This document shows, piece by piece, positions 1 through 9,929 of a stretch of DNA of 64,000 bases. The stretch is from an uncultured Solirubrobacterales bacterium (GTDB lineage Bacteria > Actinomycetota > Thermoleophilia > Solirubrobacterales > 70-9), in NCBI GenBank assembly GCA_963838035.1, contig CAWIPM010000009.1:40229-104228 (forward strand), written 5' to 3'. Numbering within the stretch: the stretch's first letter is position 1; every line of letters starts with the position of its first letter. Below the pieces are notes generated by a model. It had not been told where the DNA came from. It did no database searches and saw only the letters and a program-made list of their open reading frames with translations. Both the position numbers and the translations under genes were made by a program.

Positions 1-623
1 CCGGGGTCGAGATCCCCGGCGGGGAGCTGGCCCAGCTCGGCGACATGGTGCGGGGGTTCGACGTGGCGGGCGCCTGCTTCGGCACCGTCTCCCTCGACGC
101 CATCGTCGACGGTTCCGCGGTGCAGCCCGGCGACGCGGTGATCGGGCTGCCCTCATCGGGCATCCACTCCAACGGCTACACCCTGGCGCGTTCGGCTCTC
201 GATGGAATCCCACTCGAGGACGACCCAGAAGGGCGCCTCGGACGCCGGCTCGGCGAAGTGCTGCTGGAGCCGACCGAGATCTACGTCAAGCCGATTCTGG
301 AGCTGCTGCGCTCGAGAGTGGCGGTGCGGGGCCTCGCCCACATCACCTCGGGCGGCCTCGGGAACCTGCTGCGCCTCGCGGCGGAGGTCGGCTACGAGAT
401 CGACGCGCCATTGCCGGTGCCGGCTGTTTTCGAGCTGATTCGGGAGCGCGGCGGGGTCTCCGACGAGGAGATGCACGACGTCTTCAACATGGGCTGCGGC
501 TTCTGCGTCGTCGTCGCGCCCGACGACGAGGCCGCGTGCCTGGACCTGCTCCGGCGTGACTACCCGGAGGCCAGGCGGATCGGCCGGGCGACCGGCGGGC
601 CGCCGCGGGTCCGCCGCGCCTGA
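1..623 (+). CDS. purM: phosphoribosylformylglycinamidine cyclo-ligase (AIR synthetase), C-terminal part; 5' end outside window
   Basis: The frame is open from base 3. The translation contains GLPSSGIHSNGYTLARSAL and HITSGGLGNLLR, typical of the PurM C-terminal domain. Stop at 621-623. Confidence 0.85.
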   Translation, partial: GVEIPGGELAQLGDMVRGFDVAGACFGTVSLDAIVDGSAVQPGDAVIGLPSSGIHSNGYTLARSALDGIPLEDDPEGRLGRRLGEVLLEPTEIYVKPILELLRSRVAVRGLAHITSGGLGNLLRLAAEVGYEIDAPLPVPAVFELIRERGGVSDEEMHDVFNMGCGFCVVVAPDDEAACLDLLRRDYPEARRIGRATGGPPRVRRA

Positions 624-630
624 GCCGCGA

Positions 631-1509
631 CTACGGCGCCTCCCAAATCGTGCCCGTGAGAGCGCGGACCGGGTGGAGGCGATGCTCGGCTGCGAGCCGC
701 CAGAGCTCGGCGCAGGTCGCCGGGCCGGCGGTGCCGGCGAGAACCTCGGCCTCGCGGGTGGCGATGCGGCCGAATCGTGCCACCGCGTCGAGCGGCGACA
801 GGGGGCCTTCGTTGACGACCCGGGCGCCGCCGGCCAGCGCCGCCTCGCGGTAGGCCTCGAGGGGCTGCCAGCCCCAGACGCCGCTGCGGCAGCCGTCGGT
901 GGAGACGAAGACGGTGGAGGGGAGCGAAAGGCGCTCTCGTCCCTCCGTGTGGCTGAGCTTGCCGGCGGCGCGGGCCTCTTCCGGGATCTCGCGGACCTCC
1001 TCGAGGTCTGCCTCGAAGGCCTCTGCGGTGGCGTGCGAGGCCAGGTCGATCTCGAACCTCTGGGGGTCGAGGCCGGCCGGCGCCGCCTCGGCGAGGAGCG
1101 CGCTCGGGTGGTCGAGCCTGAGCCGCTCGCACATCAACCCCTCGCGCAGACGGCGGAGATAGCGGTAGCCGGCCTCCCAACCCTGTTCGCTCGCGGCCTT
1201 CACCGCCATGCAGGCGGGGTAGGTGCTCTCGATCGGGCTCTCGGTCCAAAGCCGCGGGTCACACGGCATTCCGGTCTTCCCAGCGACGTCGAGCCAGTGG
1301 GACATCAGGTCGGCGAAGCAGTCGGGGCCGGATCCGATCCGCCCCTCCTCGTCGCGATACTCGCTGCCGTATCGGCGCGCCAGCCCGCCCATCACCCAGA
1401 CGAACTCGAGCTCGCCGTCGAACTCCCAGATCAGCCTGCGCAGCTTCGGCTCGGTTCCCCACGACCACGAGCAGGCAGGATCGGTGTAGTAGCGAACCTC
1501 TACGGACAC
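631..1509 (-). CDS. DsbA-family thioredoxin-fold protein (CxxS variant)
   Basis: VEVRYYTDPACSWSWG matches the N-terminal strand and active-site layout of DsbA/FrnE-like proteins. The ORF track start at 1578 would overlap the divergent kinase gene. The GTG at 1509 is chosen instead, so the start is uncertain. Confidence 0.55.
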   Translation of the reverse strand: MSVEVRYYTDPACSWSWGTEPKLRRLIWEFDGELEFVWVMGGLARRYGSEYRDEEGRIGSGPDCFADLMSHWLDVAGKTGMPCDPRLWTESPIESTYPACMAVKAASEQGWEAGYRYLRRLREGLMCERLRLDHPSALLAEAAPAGLDPQRFEIDLASHATAEAFEADLEEVREIPEEARAAGKLSHTEGRERLSLPSTVFVSTDGCRSGVWGWQPLEAYREAALAGGARVVNEGPLSPLDAVARFGRIATREAEVLAGTAGPATCAELWRLAAEHRLHPVRALTGTIWEAP

Positions 1510-1543
1510 GGGTAATCGACAATACCCTCCGACCAAGCTCCCG

Positions 1544-3064
1544 ATGGAACCCCGCCCCAGCTCGCAGATGATCGGCACCGTGCTCTCCGGCCGCTACCGG
1601 CTGGAGGCGAAGCTGGGCAGCGGCGGCATGTCTACGGTCTACCTGGCTCGCGACGAGACGCTGGACCGGCCGGTTGCGGTGAAGGTGATGCACCGGGAGA
1701 TGTCCGAGCAGGCCGATCAGCTCGAGCGCTTCCGCCAGGAGGCGCGGGCTGTGGCGAAGCTCTCCCATCCCAACGTCGTCTCGGTGATCGACGCCGGTGA
1801 GGACGGCGGCCACCCCTACATCGTCTTCGAGTACGTCGAAGGGGAGACGCTGAAGCAGCGGATCGACCGGGTCGGAGCGCTCGACACCCAGGAGGCGGTC
1901 GCCTACGCGATCGAGATCGCGCGGGGGCTGAGCGTCGCCCACGCGCGTCACCTGGTCCATCGCGACATCAAGCCGCAGAACATCCTGATCGACAGCGAGG
2001 GCCGGGCGAAGCTGACCGACTTCGGCATCTCCCGCCAGCTCGAGCAGGCCGGGATGACCGCGACCGGCCGGGTCCTCGGCACCACCGACTACGTCGCGCC
2101 GGAGCAGGCGATGGGACGCGGAGCCGACCCGCGCTCGGACATCTACTCGCTAGGCGTGGTCCTCTACGAGATGCTGGTCGGACAGGTTCCCTTCCACGCC
2201 GACAGCCAGGTCGGCGTCGCGATGAAACACGTCAACGAGGAACTGCCCGACGTCCAGCGGCGCCGGCCGGACGTCTCTGCTGCGGTCGCCCTGGTTGTCG
2301 AGCGCGCAACCGCGAAGAGCCCCGAGCAACGCTACCACCACGTCGGCGAGATGATCGACGACCTCTCGACCGCGCTCGAGGTCGAGGCGGCGCGTGCGGG
2401 CGCGACCACCGGCGAGGCGACGAGCGTGCTCGATGCGGTGCCGCCGCCGAAGCGCAAGCTGTCGAGCGGTCGGCGCTGGTCGTGGGCGGCGATCCTCGCG
2501 CTGCTGCTGATCGCCGGGGGAGTGCTGCTCACCGTGCACCTGATCGGCAACGGCACGCTCGGAAACGGTGGGGCCGAGAAGGGGGCGGGAACGCCGATCG
2601 CGATCTCCTCCGCCACCGACTACGACCCCCAGGGCGACGGCGAAGAGGACGCCGCGACGATCAGCTTCGCGGTTGACGGCAACCCGACCGGGACCGCCTG
2701 GAGCAGCGAGCACTACGACACCAGCACCTTCGCCGGGACCAAGACCGGGCCCGACCCCGGGGTCGGGCTCTACGTGACGTCGAAGTCGGACGCGACGCCC
2801 GCGAAGATGCTGGTGCGAACGCCGACGCCGGGCTGGGACGCCCAGGTCTTCGCGGCGCCGAGCGGGAGCGGGCCCCCCGGCGAACTATCCGGCTGGGGCG
2901 AGCCCGTGGGCGAGGTGAGCGACGCCGTCGCGGCACAGGAGATCGACCTCAAAGTCCCCACGCCCTCCCGCTACTTTCTGCTCTGGTTCCAAAAAGCGGC
3001 CCCCGCGCACGACCAGGAAGGCCGCTACGACATCGAAGTCAGCGATGTCGAGCTGTTCCGCTGA
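1544..3064 (+). CDS. Hanks-type Ser/Thr protein kinase with one TM helix and an extracytoplasmic C-terminal domain
   Basis: Kinase motifs GSGGMSTVYLARD, VAVKV, HRDIKPQNIL, DFGIS and APEQ. The TM helix is WAAILALLLIAGGVLLTVHLI. Confidence 0.85.
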   Translation: MEPRPSSQMIGTVLSGRYRLEAKLGSGGMSTVYLARDETLDRPVAVKVMHREMSEQADQLERFRQEARAVAKLSHPNVVSVIDAGEDGGHPYIVFEYVEGETLKQRIDRVGALDTQEAVAYAIEIARGLSVAHARHLVHRDIKPQNILIDSEGRAKLTDFGISRQLEQAGMTATGRVLGTTDYVAPEQAMGRGADPRSDIYSLGVVLYEMLVGQVPFHADSQVGVAMKHVNEELPDVQRRRPDVSAAVALVVERATAKSPEQRYHHVGEMIDDLSTALEVEAARAGATTGEATSVLDAVPPPKRKLSSGRRWSWAAILALLLIAGGVLLTVHLIGNGTLGNGGAEKGAGTPIAISSATDYDPQGDGEEDAATISFAVDGNPTGTAWSSEHYDTSTFAGTKTGPDPGVGLYVTSKSDATPAKMLVRTPTPGWDAQVFAAPSGSGPPGELSGWGEPVGEVSDAVAAQEIDLKVPTPSRYFLLWFQKAAPAHDQEGRYDIEVSDVELFR

Positions 3065-3066
3065 GC

Positions 3067-4035
3067 TCAGAACTCATATGAGCGGGAGCGCCGGTGACGC
3101 TCGATCGCCAGCTTGACGAGGCGGTCGCAGAGATCGGCATACGAGACTCCGCTTGCCTCGAACAGCTTCGCGAAGACGCTGGTCTCGGTGAATCCGGGCA
3201 TCGTGTTGATCTCGTTGACGAGGACCTCGCCGCCGGGCTCGACGAAGAAATCGCAACGGGCGAGGCCCGAGCAGCCGGCAAGCTCGAAAGCCTCGGCTGC
3301 AAGGCGGCGGACCCGGTCAGCCTGGTCGGCGGGGATCTGAGCCGGAACCGCCAGCTCCATCCCGCCCTCGCTGTACTTCGCCTCGAAGTCGTACCACTCG
3401 GCGTGGGCGACGATCTCGCCCGGCGGCGAGGTCTCCGGTGCCTCGTTGCCGAGCACCGAGCACTCGATCTCGCGCCCGTGAGCCGCGGCCTCGACGATCA
3501 CCCGCGGGTCGTGGCGCAGCGCCAGCTCGAGCGCCTCGTCCAACTCCCTGCCGAGCGAATCGACCCTGCTGATGCCGACGCTGGAGCCCAGCCGCGAGGG
3601 CTTCACCCAGAGCGGCAGCCCCATCGCCGCAACCCGGTTGCGCCAAGCCTCCTCCCCCACCCCGACGAAGTCGACCTGGGGAACCCCACGCTGGGCGAAG
3701 AGGCGCTTCAAGGTCAGCTTGTCCATGCAGATCGCCGAAGAGAGGACATCGGAGCCCACGTAGGGGACGTCGAGCCACTCGAGCAGCCCCTGGATGCTGC
3801 CGTCCTCGCCGAAGGGCCCGTGCAGCGCCGGGAAGACCGCGCCGGCATCGAGGAGCCCTGCGGCGGGAACCATCGCAACCTCCGAGCCCTCGCAGCTCCA
3901 ACGCCCGTCACGGCCGATCGTCACCGCCAGCGGCTCGTGGCCGGCTGCGATCAGCCCACGCGCCACCGACTCGCCCGAGCGCAGGGAGACCTCGTGCTCA
4001 GAGGAGCGCCCGCCGCTGAGGACCGCGACCTTCAT
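3067..4035 (-). CDS. ddl: D-alanine--D-alanine ligase (DdlA-like long form)
   Basis: MKVAVLSGGRSSEHEVSLRSG, FPALHGPFGEDGSIQG, WVKPSRLGSSVGIS and NEINTMPGFT. The start is taken at the ATG at 4035 (MKVAV) rather than the ORF-track start at 4107. Confidence 0.85.
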   Translation of the reverse strand: MKVAVLSGGRSSEHEVSLRSGESVARGLIAAGHEPLAVTIGRDGRWSCEGSEVAMVPAAGLLDAGAVFPALHGPFGEDGSIQGLLEWLDVPYVGSDVLSSAICMDKLTLKRLFAQRGVPQVDFVGVGEEAWRNRVAAMGLPLWVKPSRLGSSVGISRVDSLGRELDEALELALRHDPRVIVEAAAHGREIECSVLGNEAPETSPPGEIVAHAEWYDFEAKYSEGGMELAVPAQIPADQADRVRRLAAEAFELAGCSGLARCDFFVEPGGEVLVNEINTMPGFTETSVFAKLFEASGVSYADLCDRLVKLAIERHRRSRSYEF

Positions 4036-4066
4036 CGAGCCCTTCTCGGCGTCTCGCGCGGCCTGC

Positions 4067-5956
4067 TCACGGTGTCGTCGGTTCGGTCGGTTCGACCGGT
4101 TTACCACCGAGCTTGCCGACGACGACGGTCACTTCCGCTCCCCTGCCGACCTTGGAGCCCGCCGGCGGGAACTGGTCGATCACCAGGCCGGCCTTCGAGG
4201 CGGCTTCGACTTCCTGTTCCTGCACCGTCGGGCTGAACCCGGCTTCGCGCAGCGTCGTCACCGCTTCGGAGCGCGGCTTGCCGATCACGTTTGGCACGGC
4301 GACCTTCTTTTCCCCCTTGGAGACGACGATCGAGACGCTCGAGCCAGATTCGACTTCGCGCCCCGCGCTGGGCGACTGGCGGATCACCTGGCCCGCCGGT
4401 GTCTTGCTTTCTTCTTCTTCGACTCCCGGAACGAGGCCGGCACCACGGATCTGCTGCACCGCGACCGCTCTCTGGGTCCCGACCAGCACCGGGACCTTGA
4501 CCAGCTTCGGCCCGTTCGAGACGGTGAGGACCACGGCGGAGCCGCGGGTCACCGTGGTCCCGGCGGAGGGCTCGGAGTGGATCACCAGCCCCGGGGCGAC
4601 GGTGTCGGAGTTGGCAGTCACGACGTCGACGGCGAAACCGGCCTGCTTCAGCTTTTCGCTCGCCACCTTCCGGGTTAGATTCGCTGTTGCCGGGACCTTG
4701 GCGCTGCCTGGGCCGGAGCTCACCGTCAGCGTCACCTTCGGCTTCGAGCAGAAGAGGCTGAGGAAGGCGCAGTCGAGCGAGGCCTTCTCGGCAGGGGGCG
4801 AGGCCGCCGGGTCCTGCTCGAGCACCGTGTTCGCCGGCGCTTCGCGCTCCACCCGCTTCACTTCGCTGACCGAAAAGCCGTCCTGCTGCAGCAGCGATAT
4901 CGCCACGCCCAGCTGATTTCCCGTCACGTTCGAGACGTTGGTCGAGCTGTCGCGGGTGGCGGCAAAGCCGAGCAACGCGCCGATCAGGACGGCGATCGCA
5001 ACCAGCAGCCAACGGCGGCGGCGGCGCTTGCGGCGCTGCTCCTCCTCGGAATCGGGCTGCGCCTCGGCCTCATCGGGAATCGCGACCACCGGCGGCAGTG
5101 GAGCGAAGGTCGCGGTTGCCCCGCCGGCGGGCGGGGAATCCTTCATCGCCGCGTCGAGCGCAGCGATGAAGGCGTCGGCGCTCTGGAAGCGCTGCCCGGG
5201 GTCCTTCTCCAGCGCCCGCATCACGGCGGCGTCGAGCGCCGGTGAGACCTGCGGGTTGATCGAGCTGGGCCGCTGCGGGACCTGCGAGACCTGTTTCATC
5301 GCCACCGCCACGGCGCTCTCCCCCTCGAACGGGACGCGGCCGGTCAGCGCCTCGTAGAGGATCACTCCGATCGAGTAGAGATCGGAGACCGCGGTCACGT
5401 CCTGGCCCTGGGCCTGCTCGGGCGAGAGGTAGTGAGGCGTCCCCATCACCGAGCCCGCCTGTGTGATCTCCGAGACCCCGGCATGGGCGATGCCGAAGTC
5501 GGTGACGATGGCCTTTCCCTCGGGGTCGACGATCACGTTCTGCGGCTTCAGGTCGCGGTGGACGACTCCGTTGCGATGGGCGAAGCGGGCTCCCTCCAGC
5601 ACCTGGCGAACCAATGGAACGGCCTGCTCGGGGGTGAGCCCGGCGTCGATCAGCTCCTTCAGCGTCGGCCCCTGCACGTACTGCATCGCGATGTAGTAGG
5701 CGCCCTCGTACTGTCCGCGGTCGAAGACAGCGACGATGTTGGGGTGTTGGAGACGGGCGGCCGCTTCGGCCTCGCGCCGGAACCGCTCGACGAACTCGCG
5801 GTCCTGGGAGAAGCGGCTGTGCAGAACCTTCAGCGCCACCTGTCGCTGAAGGTGAGCGTCGTCGGCGAGCCAAACGTCCGCCATCCCGCCCGAACCGATC
5901 CGCTGCAGCACGCGGTAGCGCCCGTCGACCAAATCGCCCTGACTCACCTCAGCCAA
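4067..5956 (-). CDS. pknB: Ser/Thr protein kinase PknB with four PASTA repeats
   Basis: Kinase motifs GSGGMADVW, HRDLKPQNV and DFGIA, then a TM helix and four repeats of the PASTA type (e.g. VPNVIGKPRSEAVTTLREAGF). The start is a TTG at 5956, 6 nt after AGGAGG. Confidence 0.9.
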   Translation of the reverse strand: MAEVSQGDLVDGRYRVLQRIGSGGMADVWLADDAHLQRQVALKVLHSRFSQDREFVERFRREAEAAARLQHPNIVAVFDRGQYEGAYYIAMQYVQGPTLKELIDAGLTPEQAVPLVRQVLEGARFAHRNGVVHRDLKPQNVIVDPEGKAIVTDFGIAHAGVSEITQAGSVMGTPHYLSPEQAQGQDVTAVSDLYSIGVILYEALTGRVPFEGESAVAVAMKQVSQVPQRPSSINPQVSPALDAAVMRALEKDPGQRFQSADAFIAALDAAMKDSPPAGGATATFAPLPPVVAIPDEAEAQPDSEEEQRRKRRRRRWLLVAIAVLIGALLGFAATRDSSTNVSNVTGNQLGVAISLLQQDGFSVSEVKRVEREAPANTVLEQDPAASPPAEKASLDCAFLSLFCSKPKVTLTVSSGPGSAKVPATANLTRKVASEKLKQAGFAVDVVTANSDTVAPGLVIHSEPSAGTTVTRGSAVVLTVSNGPKLVKVPVLVGTQRAVAVQQIRGAGLVPGVEEEESKTPAGQVIRQSPSAGREVESGSSVSIVVSKGEKKVAVPNVIGKPRSEAVTTLREAGFSPTVQEQEVEAASKAGLVIDQFPPAGSKVGRGAEVTVVVGKLGGKPVEPTEPTTP

Positions 5957-5995
5957 TTCCCGCCTCCTGCCGCCTGGTCGTGTGTTTTGCTCATC

Positions 5996-7456
5996 TCATT
6001 CGCCGTTGAGGATCGTTTCCGCGACGTCGCGGAAGATCGGCGCCGCGACGTCATTGCCGAATTCGGGCGTGCACTCGACCGAGACCGCGATCGCGATCTT
6101 CGGTTCGTTCGCCGGAGCGAAGCCCATGAACCACGCCTGGTTTTCTTCTTCGCCGCCGCCGCAGGCTTCGTTGCCGGGGGTTTCCGCGGTGCCCGTCTTG
6201 CCGGCCACGGGAACGCCTGAGATCGCCGCGTTGGTGCCGGTCCCTTCGCGGACCACGCCTTCCATCGCGGTGGTCAGCTCTTCCGCGGTCTTGGCGCTGA
6301 CCGGCTGGCTGTATTCGGATGGTTCGAGGTGGGCGATCGTCCGCCCGTCGGGGTCGATCACCCGGTTCCAGATCTGAGGCTTCATCAGCCTGCCGCCATT
6401 GGCGATCGCCGCCGCGACCATCGCGTTTTGCAGGGGCGTCTCCAGAAGCCGCTCCTGGCCGATCGCGACGCGGGCGAGATCGACCGGTTCGTTCCTGCCG
6501 AGCGGCCGGGGCGATTCGCCGTAGACGCCGCTCTCGTAGACCTCCGTGGAGGGCAGGTCGATCGGGGGCGTCGCGTTGAAGCCGAACTTCTCCATCGTTT
6601 CGAAAAGGGCGTCCTGGCCGACCTTCCGGCCGAGCTGACCGAACCAGGTGTTGACCGAGTTGGTGAGCGCCGTATCGAGGCTGATTTCGCCCCAGCTTTT
6701 GTCGAAGTCATTTGCCAGGACATGGCCTTCGTCGACGATCGTCCCCGGCGCGTCGATCGTCGTCTGCGGCGTGATAGCGCCGCTTTCCAGCCCCGCCGCG
6801 GCGGTCACGACCTTGAAGGTCGACCCGGGCGGATAGAGGCCCTGGGTGGCGCGGTTCAGGAGCGGCGTTTCGAGTGTGTTGCTGATCAGCTTCGACAGTT
6901 CGTCGGGCACCCGGTTCGGGTCGTAGGGCTTGTTCGAGACCATCGCCTTGACCGCGCCGGTGCTCGGCTCGATCGCGACCACGGCGCCGAAGCCGACGGC
7001 CTCGAGGTCGCTCAGCGCCACCCGCTGCGCGACGGGGTCGATGTTGGTGACGATGTCGTTGCCTTCGCGCTTGCGCCCGGTGATTTCGTCGAGGATCGAG
7101 CTGAATTCAGATTCCTCGCCACTGAGTTCTTCGTCGTGGAACTGCTCGAACTCGGAGTCTCCCTTGTTCACGAAGCTGTAGCCGATCGGGTGCCCGTAGA
7201 GGGCTCCCCGCGGGTAGCGGCGCACATAGCGCAGCCCGGCTCCGTGGCCCTTCGGCACCGAGTGCGCGATCACCGTTCCGTCGGCGGCGAGAATCCTCCC
7301 GCGCCGGATCTGCTGCTGCTCCAACAGCGGTCGTGTGTTGGCCACCTTCCCCTTCAGCGCCGAGGCGTCGAAGACCGACCAGTACGAGGTGAAGCCGACC
7401 AGGACCGCGAACAGCACCACGATGAAGGCGAACAACTTGACGATCTGGCGGTTCAC
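5996..7456 (-). CDS. pbpA: class B penicillin-binding protein / peptidoglycan D,D-transpeptidase
   Basis: SxxK (GSTFKV), SxN (NSVN) and KTGTA motifs with an N-terminal TM anchor. It overlaps rodA by 4 nt. Confidence 0.85.
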   Translation of the reverse strand: MNRQIVKLFAFIVVLFAVLVGFTSYWSVFDASALKGKVANTRPLLEQQQIRRGRILAADGTVIAHSVPKGHGAGLRYVRRYPRGALYGHPIGYSFVNKGDSEFEQFHDEELSGEESEFSSILDEITGRKREGNDIVTNIDPVAQRVALSDLEAVGFGAVVAIEPSTGAVKAMVSNKPYDPNRVPDELSKLISNTLETPLLNRATQGLYPPGSTFKVVTAAAGLESGAITPQTTIDAPGTIVDEGHVLANDFDKSWGEISLDTALTNSVNTWFGQLGRKVGQDALFETMEKFGFNATPPIDLPSTEVYESGVYGESPRPLGRNEPVDLARVAIGQERLLETPLQNAMVAAAIANGGRLMKPQIWNRVIDPDGRTIAHLEPSEYSQPVSAKTAEELTTAMEGVVREGTGTNAAISGVPVAGKTGTAETPGNEACGGGEEENQAWFMGFAPANEPKIAIAVSVECTPEFGNDVAAPIFRDVAETILNGE

Positions 7457-8754
7457 CGGGCCCCCGCCTCACGCCGGGCGCGATCCGAGATCAGAAGCAG
7501 CAGGGCGAGCAGGACGAAGTTGGCGACGATCGAGCTGCCGCCGTAGCTGACGAAGGGCAGGGTGACGCCGGTCAGCGGGATCGCCCGGGTGACGCCTCCG
7601 ATGATGACGAAGGCCTGGATCGCGAAGACCGCCGTCAGGCCCGTCGCCAGCAGCTTCGAGAAGCCGTCGTCGGCGAGCAGGGCGATCTTGAAGCCGCGCG
7701 CCGCGATCAGCAGGTAGATCAGGATCACCCCACAGGCGCCGAACAGCCCCAGCTCGTTGACGATCAGGGCGTAGATCGTGTCCGTCTGCGCCGCCGGCAG
7801 CAGCGCCGCATGGGTGCCGGGGATCGTGATCAGCGCCTGCCCGAACCCCTTCCCGAAGAGGCCGCCGTCGGCCTGGGCGAAGATCGACTGGAGGATCTGG
7901 TACCCGTTGCCTTCCGGGTCGCTGTAGGGGTGCAGCCAGACCTCGACCCGGTCGTGGACGTGGGGCACGGTCGAGGCGAAGAACCAGGCGCCGGCGAGGA
8001 ACATCGCCATTCCGATCACGACGAAGGAGAAGCGGCCGGTGGCGACGTAGAGCAGGGCGAGGAAGGCGGCGAAGAACATCAGCGAGCTGCCGAGGTCGCG
8101 GATGAAGACGAGCATGAACATCGACGCGCCCCAGACCACAAGCATCGGGCCGAAGTGCTTGAGCGGCGGCAACGTCACCCCCAGCAACCTGCGGGCTCCG
8201 ACGATCATCACCTCGCGGTTCTCGCGCAGGTAGCTGGCGAGGAAGACGACGAGGCAGATCTTCGAGAACTCGGCCGGCTGGAAGGCGAGCGGGCCGATCT
8301 TGACGTCGAGGTAGGCGCCGTTGACCTGCTGTCCGATTCCCGGCAGCCGCGGCGCGAGCAGCAGCAGCAGACCGGCGGCGGCGATCGTGTAGCGATAGCG
8401 CTCAAGCACGTCGTAGTCGCGCAGAAAGTGGATGGCGAGCGCAAAGAGGACGAGGCCGAGGACGAACCAGTTGGCCTGGTCGCGGGCCAGGGTCGCGTCG
8501 ATCCGGTAGACCATCACCAGCCCGAACGCGGTGAGCAGGGCGACCAGCGGGAACAGGTACGGGTCGGCGTCGGGAAGGCGGATCCGCAGGTAGACGTGGG
8601 TGGCGAGGCAGACCGCGAAGAAGTAGGCGCCGTAGACGAGGCTAAGGTTGCCGAGCCGGGCGTTCTCCTCGGCGAAGACCGCAGCGAACCCGGCGGTGAG
8701 GAGCAGAGCTACCGGGACCAGCGCGGCAAGCTCGCGATTCCGTGCCGAGGTCAA
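7453..8754 (-). CDS. rodA: FtsW/RodA/SpoVE family peptidoglycan glycosyltransferase
   Basis: Polytopic membrane protein ending in PLTGVTLPFVSYGGSS. It sits between pstP and pbpA, as in actinobacterial clusters. Confidence 0.85.
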   Translation of the reverse strand: MTSARNRELAALVPVALLLTAGFAAVFAEENARLGNLSLVYGAYFFAVCLATHVYLRIRLPDADPYLFPLVALLTAFGLVMVYRIDATLARDQANWFVLGLVLFALAIHFLRDYDVLERYRYTIAAAGLLLLLAPRLPGIGQQVNGAYLDVKIGPLAFQPAEFSKICLVVFLASYLRENREVMIVGARRLLGVTLPPLKHFGPMLVVWGASMFMLVFIRDLGSSLMFFAAFLALLYVATGRFSFVVIGMAMFLAGAWFFASTVPHVHDRVEVWLHPYSDPEGNGYQILQSIFAQADGGLFGKGFGQALITIPGTHAALLPAAQTDTIYALIVNELGLFGACGVILIYLLIAARGFKIALLADDGFSKLLATGLTAVFAIQAFVIIGGVTRAIPLTGVTLPFVSYGGSSIVANFVLLALLLLISDRARREAGAR

Positions 8755-9929
8755 GGCACTCCTTCGCCCTTTTGGATTTCTTCGACGAGGGAGACCGCGT
8801 CGGAGTGGGAGCGGAGATCGTGCCCGGTGACGGCGTTGCGCCGTCGCGGTGGCAGGGCCGCGGTCTGGATCGGGCTCGCGTAGCGCTCGCCGTAGAGCTT
8901 GATCCCGAAGGGCAGTTCGTAGGGAAGGCCGCGGTAGAGCGCGACTCGGCCGGCCGAGTCCGTCCCCAGGAACCAGATCTGGCGGTTCCCGTACCAGGCT
9001 CCGAAGGCGACGGCGGCGAGAAGAGCCAGGGCCAGAAGAGCCTTGGCGGCGGTTCGCAACCGGCGCCGGCGCGGCTTGGCGGCGAGCCGCTCGCGACGCT
9101 CCTTCGCCGCCGCTGCGGCGGCTCTGCGGCGTACCTCGGTCGCGGTCAATCCCGCTTCCTCGGCCGAGGGCCCGATCAGGGTCGCGCCCTCGGGAGCGCG
9201 CTGCGGCGCCTCGGAGTCTTCGAGACGGAAGGCGAGCGCGGTGATGTTGTCTCGCCCGCCGGCTCGGTTGGCCTCATCGACCAGCGCCCGCACCGCGGCG
9301 CTCATCGAGGTGGCGCCGCCGAGGATGCGGGCGATCCGCTCGTCGTCGACCATCGTCGTCAGGCCGTCGGAGCAGAGCAGGAAGACATCGCCGGGCTGGG
9401 CCGGCACGGTGTGCACGTCGACGTCGACGTCGGGCTCGGGCCCGAGCGCGCGGGTGATGATCGAGCGTTGCGGGTGGTCCTCGGCCTGGGCATCGGTGAG
9501 TTGCCCCTTCCGCCGCATTTCCTCGACCAGCGAATGGTCGCGGGTGAGCCGGTCCAGCTTGCCCTCCCGCAGACGGTAGGCGCGGCTGTCGCCGACGTGG
9601 CCGATCCCCACCTCCTCCTTCTGGGCGTCGACGATCGCCGCGGTGAGCGTCGTCCCCATCCCGGCCAGCGAAGCGTCGGCGTGGGCGTGCTCGTGGATCT
9701 CTCGGTTGGCAGCTTCGATCGTCTCGCGCAGGACGCGCTCCGGCGGAGCGTCGGGGAGGTCGCGGTCGAAAGCCTCGGCCGCCGCTTTGGAGGCCACCTC
9801 TCCGGCCTGCGCGCCGCCCATCCCGTCGGCGACGACGAAGATCGGCGAGCGGACGAAGAAGGAGTCCTCGTTGGCGTTGCGCTGACGCCCGGTGTCGGTG
9901 CGGAATGCGTGGTCGTCTACGCGCAGCAC
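8751..9929 (-). CDS. pstP: PP2C-family Ser/Thr phosphatase with C-terminal TM segment
   Basis: Motifs RQRNANEDS, VADGMGGAQAGEVAS and LLCSDGL, with the TM segment ALLALALLAAVAFGAWY. Confidence 0.85.
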   Translation of the reverse strand: MLRVDDHAFRTDTGRQRNANEDSFFVRSPIFVVADGMGGAQAGEVASKAAAEAFDRDLPDAPPERVLRETIEAANREIHEHAHADASLAGMGTTLTAAIVDAQKEEVGIGHVGDSRAYRLREGKLDRLTRDHSLVEEMRRKGQLTDAQAEDHPQRSIITRALGPEPDVDVDVHTVPAQPGDVFLLCSDGLTTMVDDERIARILGGATSMSAAVRALVDEANRAGGRDNITALAFRLEDSEAPQRAPEGATLIGPSAEEAGLTATEVRRRAAAAAAKERRERLAAKPRRRRLRTAAKALLALALLAAVAFGAWYGNRQIWFLGTDSAGRVALYRGLPYELPFGIKLYGERYASPIQTAALPPRRRNAVTGHDLRSHSDAVSLVEEIQKGEGVP

